A DNA stretch of 32,000 bases from Acaryochloris marina S15 (GTDB taxonomy: Bacteria; Cyanobacteriota; Cyanobacteriia; Thermosynechococcales; Thermosynechococcaceae), in assembly GCF_018336915.1 (NCBI RefSeq), contig NZ_CP064921.1:30001-62000 (forward strand). Direction: 5' to 3'. The position numbers and the translations under genes were made by a program. Positions 16,363 to 23,996 of this stretch are shown here, piece after piece. The notes under the pieces are model-generated. The model had not been told where the DNA came from. It saw only the letters and a list, made by a program, of their open reading frames with translations, and did no database searches. Within the stretch, counting starts at the first letter, position 1; each line of letters starts with the position of its first letter.

Positions 16363-17769
16363 TTATGCTCCTTGTTGAGGCAAAGGGTGGGTAAGAGACT
16401 GCGGCCCATGGGTCTGGGTCAAGGTACCTACGATGTCAATGCCCAAAGTCTGGTGTAGGCTATCAAGAAATTGGTGGACCACTTGGGGGTAAACCCTCAG
16501 CAAGCTAGCCACGGCCTCACCATCGCCGTTATCCACCACCTTGACCTGGTGCAGATGAAGTCGTTCAGGAATTTGGACTGCTTCCCGCAACACAGTTTCA
16601 ATTTGCTGGATCAAAAACACTTGAGAGGCATCGGTACCAATGTCTTGCCACACTTCAGCAAGCATGTCATTGACCCGGGCTGCCGCTCGGGCATTTTCTG
16701 CCAAAATCGCTGCATCACCTTGTTCCCGTAGTTCGGCTGCTTGCTGCTGGGCTTGAGCCGGTAGGACTTGGTCAGCCTGCAACCGCAGCCGCTCTACGTC
16801 AGCCCGCAGTTTCTGCAAAATTTGCTCTACTTTAGCCCGCCGCTCATTGGTTGCGGCCACAGTAATTTCTTCTTCAGATCGGGCCTGGCGCTCCAATTTA
16901 GCTTTAATTTTGCGGAGTTGATTTTCTTGCTCTAAAACTACGGTTCGATCTTGGGTTTGGGCAACTGCCGCCTGTTCTTGGCATTCCGCCTCTATCTGTT
17001 CTGCGGTCGTGAGTGCATCGGATTCTGCCACCTCAGCATCCCGCAAGATCATGGCAATCCGCTGTCGCCCCAGCGAACTGAGATAGTCCACATCATCGGC
17101 CACGCTTTGAATTTTGAGAATATCGAGATGTAGACCCAACGTTCTCAGTTCTCGACTGACATCCGAGGCGATGCGTTCAGCAAACTGGAGGCGATCCTCA
17201 TTCACCTGTTCAGGGGTCAAGGTTGCCACCACGCCCCGCAGATATCCGGCTAGGGTTTCCTGAGCCACCCTAATAATTTCAGTGCGTTTGTGACCTAGAA
17301 AGCGTTCAATGGCGTTGCCAACCACCCGCGAATCGCTCGAAATTTTGATATTGGCGATCGCTTGAATATGCAGGGGAATACCGCCCTTAGAATAGGCGTT
17401 ATGGACTTCCACCGGTACTGCCATCGTCGTTACATCCATCCGCTTAACAGTTTCTACAATCGGAATTCGAATGGCTCGGCCCCCTGTCAATACCCGATAC
17501 CCTAGCTTTTGACCATTGGGGGTCTTCCACTTGCGTCCTGAGAGAATAACCACTTCATTCGGTTTGCAAATGACCAAAAAAGCTTTTAAGAACCAGATGC
17601 CGACCAAGCTGCCTAAGACAGTTACGGTCAGGGGCAAGCCAACACTCCATAGGTTAGGAGACGAAGGTCCTTTAACAGAGGACTCAATCTCTTGGGAGGA
17701 AGTCGTCTTTTCTGTTGACTGGGCCAAGATGGCATCCAATCTTTGGGACAAGATGAGTTGCTGATTCAT
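16363..17769 (-). CDS. flotillin-like SPFH (band 7) domain protein, paralogue 1
   Basis: Same architecture as paralogue 2 (YSKGGIPLHIQAIANIKI...NAIERFLGHKRTEIIRVAQETLAGYLRGVVATLTPEQ) with a coiled-coil tail. The two are collinear and clearly paralogous across the SPFH core. Confidence 0.9.
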   Translation of the reverse strand: MNQQLILSQRLDAILAQSTEKTTSSQEIESSVKGPSSPNLWSVGLPLTVTVLGSLVGIWFLKAFLVICKPNEVVILSGRKWKTPNGQKLGYRVLTGGRAIRIPIVETVKRMDVTTMAVPVEVHNAYSKGGIPLHIQAIANIKISSDSRVVGNAIERFLGHKRTEIIRVAQETLAGYLRGVVATLTPEQVNEDRLQFAERIASDVSRELRTLGLHLDILKIQSVADDVDYLSSLGRQRIAMILRDAEVAESDALTTAEQIEAECQEQAAVAQTQDRTVVLEQENQLRKIKAKLERQARSEEEITVAATNERRAKVEQILQKLRADVERLRLQADQVLPAQAQQQAAELREQGDAAILAENARAAARVNDMLAEVWQDIGTDASQVFLIQQIETVLREAVQIPERLHLHQVKVVDNGDGEAVASLLRVYPQVVHQFLDSLHQTLGIDIVGTLTQTHGPQSLTHPLPQQGA

Positions 17770-17824
17770 CGCAAAATACCTCTATCGAAAATGCTGATTG
17801 CTGTAGAAATGAGTGGGGAGCGTA

Positions 17825-18211
17825 CTATATGTAATCTCTTAGAAGCGGGTCAATACCAAGACCCATACATTCTTGTTGGGCCAAGATATACAAACTATCC
17901 TCAGAGATGACCAGGACATAATTGTCTTCAACAGCTACAACGAGAACCGAATTGCCCCGTTCAAAATCCTCCGAATCGTAGGCAAAGGCCCGCAGATTGA
18001 GGACAGAATCACCGATATTGATTCGTACCTTTCCTGGGTGGCCATGTCCAAACGGAATGTTAACCACTCCGTACAAGCCGATTAGCTGCTCCGATGGCAT
18101 GAAACTGTCAACAGCTTGATTGCCTCGATGACACCAAATCAAGCCGATAATCCCTCCCCCGCAACTAATACCAATCGCAATCGCAAGACAGATCATTACA
18201 AACATGCGCAT
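17825..18211 (-). CDS. NfeD-like membrane protein (SPFH operon partner)
   Basis: N-terminal TM segment (FVMICLAIAIGISCGGGIIGLIW). The C-terminal OB-like segment LIGLYGVVNIPFGHGHPGKVRINIGDSVLNLRAFAYDSEDFERGNSVLVVAVEDNYVLV fits the NfeD C-terminal pattern. It lies directly upstream of the flotillin genes. Confidence 0.6.
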   Translation of the reverse strand: MRMFVMICLAIAIGISCGGGIIGLIWCHRGNQAVDSFMPSEQLIGLYGVVNIPFGHGHPGKVRINIGDSVLNLRAFAYDSEDFERGNSVLVVAVEDNYVLVISEDSLYILAQQECMGLGIDPLLRDYI

Positions 18212-18240
18212 TTACCTTGAATTCTAGGAAAGAAGGGTAT

Positions 18241-18465
18241 TCAAAAATATCCATGGGATAGTTGATTTTGCCCAGGTCGAGCTAAATCCTCTAGATGTTC
18301 AGGACCTCCTCCGCTACGAGACCTTTGAGGTTCTACCTTTAATCGTTTAGATTCAGATTGATAGGCATCAACTGTGTTGACTTGAGGCTGGCCTTTAAGT
18401 GGTGAAAAGAGTGCAATGCAACTCATACCAAGAAGTAACAAGCATGGGAAATATAGATGCCTCAC
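18241..18465 (-). CDS. small hypothetical protein with a signal-peptide-like N-terminus
   Basis: GTG start preceded by GAGG 7 nt upstream. MRHLYFPCLLLLGMSCIALFSPL is hydrophobic and the rest is polar. Same strand as the NfeD gene and 29 bp upstream of it. No family recognised. Confidence 0.35.
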   Translation of the reverse strand: MRHLYFPCLLLLGMSCIALFSPLKGQPQVNTVDAYQSESKRLKVEPQRSRSGGGPEHLEDLARPGQNQLSHGYF

Positions 18466-18640
18466 AGTTAAACCTCAGGTCATTTTCTATAAACTTGCCA
18501 GAGCATTCAGAAAGCTGTGATTTCAATTGATCTCTGCTGGTAGTATCACAGGTGAAGAAGTAAGCCATCTGGATTAATTTGAAACAAAAAGGTATCGGGT
18601 AGATAGCTAGGATGCTTGATAATTTTGGGATGTGTTTCAT
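18395..18640 (-). CDS. small hypothetical ORF with a strong Shine-Dalgarno sequence
   Basis: ATG 18640 is preceded by TAGGAGGTAGCTC, placing GGAGG 6 nt upstream. It overlaps the next small ORF by 71 nt in another frame. No family recognised. Confidence 0.3.
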   Translation of the reverse strand: MKHIPKLSSILAIYPIPFCFKLIQMAYFFTCDTTSRDQLKSQLSECSGKFIENDLRFNCEASIFPMLVTSWYELHCTLFTT

Positions 18641-18884
18641 GAGCTACCTCCTAAAATTTTTCCTGTTTTGAAAGCAGCGACACATGTTTCAGGGTCAGTT
18701 GCCTTGCTATGAGAGCAAATTAAGACCATCACTCTCAGAAGTAGTAGATTGAGTAGATCACTTCTGCGATGAACGTCAGGGCAAACACCGAAATCGCCTG
18801 TGGTTCAGTAAGATAGAAGTCAGCCTACAGATGTCATCAATAAATCGACATAATACGATTCATAATGCTTATTATTTGTATTCT

Positions 18885-18957
18885 TGATGATATTATTTGC
18901 GTAACTTCTTCATAAAATCATCATAATATCCACAAGTCAAGCCTAAAATATCATCAT
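18885..18957. promoter_or_regulatory. candidate operator: inverted and direct TCATCA-type repeats overlapping the NACHT gene start
   Basis: TGATGATAT (18885..18893) is the reverse complement of ATATCATCA (18948..18956). ATCATCAT recurs at 18917..18924 and 18950..18957. The region is AT-rich, so significance is modest. Confidence 0.3.
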
Positions 18958-21298
18958 GGCATCATCCAATCGAGGCAAACCCGCTCTGCAAGCATCTGCA
19001 AAAGGAGTAGAGCAAGCCCAGCAAATCTTCAAACGGAAGGGCTTGACCCGACAGGGTATGGCCCAAACCTTGGGAATTGATCGCTCTGTGGTCGGCAAAT
19101 TTTTGAGGGGGGAAAAGATCTGGTCCCAGAAGTTTGAAGAGATCTGTGATTTTTTAGAGATTCCTTGGCAAGATATTGCTGAGGGTATGGCTCCTACACC
19201 TCAGTTTTCTCAGGGGTCACCGGAAGTACGAAAAGCCCGCCAACAACTACGAGATTATATTGAGCAACGCTGTGGTGCTATACGCATTCTCGGCATGGAT
19301 AAGGCTCAGCCTGTAGAAGCAATCTATACCCAATTGCGGGTTTTACAGGGAGATAGTATCTATCCCTCGGCGGGGAATGATACCCAAACCATCACAAAGT
19401 TGACAGAAAGTCTTAATGGCAAAGAGGCCATTGAAAAATACTCCCATCTTCATATTTTAGGACTGCCTGGATCGGGTAAAACTACATTTCTGAAATACCT
19501 GGCTCTGCAATGCGTTCAGGGAAAACTGATGCCAGAAGTAGTGCCTATTTTTGTGGCTTTGCGAGACATTGCCCAACCCTTGAAACAGCAGGATCTTTTG
19601 ACTTGTATCAGTGAGGTTTATGGGAAAACTTGTGGCCTAGATCCGGCTCTGCTCCGGCAGCTTTTTGATCAGGGGGCCGTTTTATTGTTACTGGATGGCG
19701 AAGACGAAATTCCTGTGGCTCAGGCTCAGACCCTGGCTTTAACCGAGTTTGACCTGTTTTACAAAAATCGAGTTGTGATTACCTGTCGAACAGCAGCTAG
19801 TCGTCAGGTTTATGAACAATTTACCCAAGCCACGATTCAGCAATTTACGGACAACCAGATTGAAGAATTTGCCCAGCATTGGTTTCGGGCTACTCCTGAT
19901 CAGGCGACCTCTTTCATGGCTTGGCTAAACACAAACAAGGCTGACTTCAGAGATAGCTTCGATTTAGCCAGTACCCCCTTGTTATTGACCCTTCTATGTA
20001 TTGCTTTTGAATCCGCTCGCGAAAAACCGCAAAAGCGGCATCAAATTTACGAGATGGCGTTTGAACATATTCTTGGAGATTTGAACTATGGCCATATGCT
20101 GCCTGCAGCCACGGTCATCCCTGCCCAGACCTATCAAGAGAAAATGACGTTATTGAAGACTATAGCTAGAGCAGCCTTTGACTATGATGACAAAGTTTTT
20201 CCGGCTTCGCGAGCATTTCTAAGCCATGCGAGTATCGATCTTGAGATACAGGGCGGTTTATCACCCACTGAGTTTTTGCGGGAGTTGGAGGCGAGCTACG
20301 GCATCATCACTCAGGATTCATGGAATCACTATCGATTTTCGCATCTGTCGTTTCATGAATATTTTGTGGCTTTAGCCCTCCTTGATGAAATCAACACAGA
20401 TACCGAGGCTGCATTCTCAGTCCTTTTCAATGAAACCCATCTGTTTAATTCTGCTTGGTATGAAGTGTTTTGGTTTATTGCTCAAATGCTTCCCCTTCAA
20501 AAAGCAGAAGGTTTTTTGGAGACGTTCAAAACTAGACTTAGCGACTATTTACAGGGTCAGGATCCACAAGCCTTGGAGCAGGTTCAGGAGGGAGGTGAGA
20601 TCGCAACCCGTATCATCCATCTTTTCAAAACTCACAGGTCCAGCCCAACCTCAGCCCGCCAAAGTTTAGATACCCATCCTATTCAATCTGCCATCACCAT
20701 CCGTGCCTTTTGCTCAGACTATTATTATCGATTTGACCCGGCACGTCGGATCAGTCGAGTCTTTGATGTGGGCTATCAATTCAGCCATGACTTAGTGTTA
20801 GCTCACTGCTTCAAGTGCAATCTTGGGCCAGTGCCAAAACGCAGTCTCAAGGCTGGCAAAAATTTTGATTTTGCCGATGCTCTAGTACATGTCTGGCATC
20901 AACAAGAACTGCAACAACAAAATCAGACGCTTGAGACCATCGATGAGGTCCGAGCCTTATTCTTTGACTATGTGCTCCAACATCCAGACCAATTTTCTCC
21001 AGTCTGTAGGCAGTACTTTTCAGGGGAGGTCCGTCGACTTGAAGAGCTGGCAAAACTCTCTAAGCGCCAAGAAATTATTGAAAAAAGCAAATTAGTGGCT
21101 GATATTTCTAACCCGGATCAAGAAGAACATCCCTTTCTCGGATCTAAAAAATTTCGGTTTCCTACCCTCGCCTACGATCATCCTGAAGCCGTCATCACCC
21201 TGAGTAACTATTACTACGGTTGTACCTTATTGTGTGATTGTTTTTCTGCTGAGCAAGCCTTGCCTCTTCAGCAGAAAATCTTACAAGGGTTGTTCTGA
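18956..21298 (+). CDS. STAND NTPase: N-terminal HTH + NACHT domain + unassigned C-terminal region
   Basis: XRE-like HTH GLTRQGMAQTLGIDRSVVGKFLRGEK (aa 29-54). Pre-NACHT RILGMDKAQPVEAIYTQLRVL. Walker A GLPGSGKT (aa 169-176). Walker B LLLLDGEDE (aa 243-251). Also VVITCRTAA, STPLLLTLLC and FSHLSFHEYFVALAL. From about aa 490 to 780 I see no WD40, TPR or LRR periodicity. Confidence 0.9.
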   Translation: MASSNRGKPALQASAKGVEQAQQIFKRKGLTRQGMAQTLGIDRSVVGKFLRGEKIWSQKFEEICDFLEIPWQDIAEGMAPTPQFSQGSPEVRKARQQLRDYIEQRCGAIRILGMDKAQPVEAIYTQLRVLQGDSIYPSAGNDTQTITKLTESLNGKEAIEKYSHLHILGLPGSGKTTFLKYLALQCVQGKLMPEVVPIFVALRDIAQPLKQQDLLTCISEVYGKTCGLDPALLRQLFDQGAVLLLLDGEDEIPVAQAQTLALTEFDLFYKNRVVITCRTAASRQVYEQFTQATIQQFTDNQIEEFAQHWFRATPDQATSFMAWLNTNKADFRDSFDLASTPLLLTLLCIAFESAREKPQKRHQIYEMAFEHILGDLNYGHMLPAATVIPAQTYQEKMTLLKTIARAAFDYDDKVFPASRAFLSHASIDLEIQGGLSPTEFLRELEASYGIITQDSWNHYRFSHLSFHEYFVALALLDEINTDTEAAFSVLFNETHLFNSAWYEVFWFIAQMLPLQKAEGFLETFKTRLSDYLQGQDPQALEQVQEGGEIATRIIHLFKTHRSSPTSARQSLDTHPIQSAITIRAFCSDYYYRFDPARRISRVFDVGYQFSHDLVLAHCFKCNLGPVPKRSLKAGKNFDFADALVHVWHQQELQQQNQTLETIDEVRALFFDYVLQHPDQFSPVCRQYFSGEVRRLEELAKLSKRQEIIEKSKLVADISNPDQEEHPFLGSKKFRFPTLAYDHPEAVITLSNYYYGCTLLCDCFSAEQALPLQQKILQGLF

Positions 21299-21477
21299 TG
21301 GTGATGTTTCGTAGTCACCATACGTTGTAAGACATAGACTAGAGAAGATCCAAAGATGCGCACAGGAAGCGTAATATATTTACAATAAATCTCACAAAAC
21401 ACTAATGGTTTCTAGAATCAGTGATTTTAAAGGCTAAATCGTTCGCAATTTAGTTCAGTCAAGGACATACAGCATTA

Positions 21478-21876
21478 ATGGCTAAAAAAACAGCAGCCGC
21501 AAAGAAAAAGACAGCCGCAAAGAAACAAGATATTCAACCCTTGGTCGGGAAAGAACTACTCAGTAAGCTCAAGGACTTATCTCACCTATCAAAGCGGGAA
21601 AAAGCGAAAGAGTGTGGCTATGTAGTCGGCAAGCAAGTTAACCTGAGTGGTTTTATGAATGCCATTTTGGAAGCCAAGGGCATTTCACTAGATGGTGATG
21701 CCAATAGCGACGGTAGAGGTCGAGAGGCAACCTATCGGATCAAAGTTCATCAGAATGGGCAGATGGTTATCGGGTCTACCTACACCGAAAGGATGGGTTT
21801 ACAGACTGGCGATGAGTTTGAAATCAAGCTCGGTTATAAGCACATTCATTTAACTCAATTAACGGATGATGAGTAG
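21478..21876 (+). CDS. cyAbrB-type transcriptional regulator (C-terminal AbrB/SpoVT domain)
   Basis: GRGREATYRIKVHQNGQMVIGSTYTERMGLQTGDEFEIKLGYKHIHL is the C-terminal swapped-hairpin domain typical of cyanobacterial AbrB-like regulators. The N-terminus is MAKKTAAAKKKTAAKK. Confidence 0.85.
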   Translation: MAKKTAAAKKKTAAKKQDIQPLVGKELLSKLKDLSHLSKREKAKECGYVVGKQVNLSGFMNAILEAKGISLDGDANSDGRGREATYRIKVHQNGQMVIGSTYTERMGLQTGDEFEIKLGYKHIHLTQLTDDE

Positions 21877-22327
21877 AACAGTATTGCTAAAAACCGTGAC
21901 TCAATTTCACTATAGGCACTAATTTTTCATATTAAGATTTGGATGTTTCAGAACAGTGGAACGAATTAGCTACGTGTAGATAAGGACCATTGACGTACCC
22001 TTAAATCACTCTTGCCTCATTCTCAATAAGCCCGATCTCCATGCCCCCTCCACCCAAATTCCACGAGTTTCCAGTACTTTCACCCCTTTAAGGGGTTAAG
22101 CCGACATACGCCTAATTTTTCTCACAGGATCGCCGAAAGCCAATATTGAAGAGAGTTTTAAGACTTCAAGCTATCAAGTATTTACACTCTTCAAACTAGG
22201 GTAACACTTTTGCTGAAAAGAAAAAGATTAGAAGTACTACTATGCAAGGGGCTTATGGATTTTTGAATTATACAAGAGCGTTATCCTGGCATACTAGAAC
22301 TTGAACCATACCCACTCTAATTACATC

Positions 22328-23813
22328 GGGCGTAAGCAAAGGATCGGGGATGCATGGCTCAAAGAAAAACGGGTCAAGGACAATAGATCCTGTACCCGAA
22401 CCAAAAAACTATCATGCCCCTACCATCGCAATTGCTAACCGTGCTAGCCCATGACGAATTTCTAGAACAAACTGAAGCACTCAAAGTATCAACCAGCCTG
22501 AGTCAGATGGTTTATATCGTTCTGCAAATGGGCTTGTTTCTAGCTCGCTGTCTTCTGGAGGATGAACTCTCAAGGCGCGCGAAAGCAGTATTTGTATGGC
22601 CTGTATGTACTACCTGCGGAACCCGCTTACATTCGAAGGGATGGGAATCTCGTCAGATGCAGACACTGGTAGGCACTATCTCTTGAAAGCGACGGGTGGG
22701 CCGTTGTCCCAAAGGATGTCCAGGCAGTCTGTTGACTCCCCTGGATCAAGCCATTGGGATTCCCCCCTATCAGCACAGCAGCGAAGAACTGGTGCGTCTG
22801 GGCTGCTTGTTGAGTCTGTTCATGCCCTATGAACTGGCCAGTTGGATGCTGGGTCAGTGGAGTGGTCTATCCGTGAGTCCATCCAGTTTGTGGAACTGGG
22901 TGCAATCCGTGGGTAACAAAGCTCAGCAGGAATTAGAAGCTCAACTCAACGCTCAATCATCAGGGACTCAGGCCCCTTGTGAAGCGATTTCAGAGATGTT
23001 ATCTGCTCTACCTTTGGCCATTGCCGCCGATGGTGTGATGGTCCCCTTTCGCCCCACCCCGAACTCACCCAAGGGAAAAATCCAGTGGCGAGAAGTCAAA
23101 GTCGCCATCTTAGCTCGCCTGGGAACACGGGTTACCCGAGCTAAAAAGGAGGTCCCCCAATTACTGCGTCGAAGACTGGTGGCAGTATTGGGCGATATCG
23201 ACCAGTTCATCCCTTTACTTCAACTCGAAGCTCACAAACAAGACTTTGAATCTGCTCCAAAAGTCATCTGGCTCAGTGATGGGGGACGAGGCTTCTGGCG
23301 AGTCTATCGCACCTTGTTCTCTCATTGTGCTGTGGCAGTCCTCGACTTTTTTCATTCAGCAGGCCATCTGGCACGAGCAACTAAAGCGATGTTTGGAGAT
23401 GCCCGCTCTGCTCAAGCCCAAGCCTGGTTCCGGCACTGGCGACACCAATTGCGACACGGGCAACACCTACTTGTATTACGGTCCTTGACGATATTGATTC
23501 ACTCACAACTGTTAACGGGAAAGTCTTTTTCAACGTTGCTCCAGGTGCAGGCTTATTTCCAACGCCATCATCACCACATCCGTTATCGGCACTTTGAACA
23601 GCAACAGATTCCTCTCGGGTCAGGAATGGTTGAAAGTGCATGCAAGTGGTTGATTCAGCAGCGCTTTAAGGGAGTTGGCATGCGCTGGAGTGAGGATGGT
23701 TTCAACCATTTACTGATCTTGAGAATTGCCTGGGTCAATGAACGGTTTGACTCCTTATTCCCAGAGGTGACCATTCCGAAAACTAAGGCATCCCCGATCC
23801 GCTAAATACGCCC
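22328..23813 (+). mobile_element. IS element copy 2 (tentatively ISKra4-like), 1486 bp
   Basis: Same sequence and orientation as 6100..7585. Its own perfect 9-bp target duplication is AATTACATC (22319..22327 and 23814..23822). Confidence 0.9.
22414..23805 (+). CDS. DDE transposase (ISKra4-like, tentative) with the same in-frame TGA
   Basis: ORFs 22414..22686 and 22696..23805 share one frame, separated by TGA 22684..22686. The protein is identical to copy 1 except T2P. Confidence 0.75.
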
Positions 23814-23996
23814 AATTACATCCTTTCTCTTTTGAGTGTTGTGTGAATTGTGTTGGGTTATAAACAGCATGGATATTGCAAAATGCATCTCAGCTTTTAT
23901 TCTTCTATGGGTATTTGTTCTACTATGCAAAAACTTAAAAAAGTTTGTTGAAGGATATGATTTGGGCGAATCTGCATTGCAGGATAGCTTTCTGAC

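Noticed and set aside
15371-17764. Plus-strand ORFs 15371..15607, 15436..15642, 15810..16028, 16471..16731, 16951..17133 and 17516..17764
   Set aside because: All are antisense to the flotillin genes. The Ala/Glu/Gln-rich coiled-coil coding sequence produces long open antisense frames.
20382-21095. ORFs 20382..20669(+), 20847..21053(-) and 20889..21095(+)
   Set aside because: They lie inside the NACHT gene in other frames or antisense.
21296-21320. Hairpin ATGGTGA-N10-TCACCAT after the NACHT stop codon as a rho-independent terminator
   Set aside because: The 7-bp stem is followed by ACGTTG with no U-tract, and it is too weak to call.
6100-23813. Composite transposon formed by the two identical IS copies
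   Set aside because: Each copy has its own matching 9-bp duplication (GTTTTAGGC vs AATTACATC). The outer flanks of the pair do not match each other. The copies therefore inserted independently, and the intervening 14.7 kb was not delivered as one unit.
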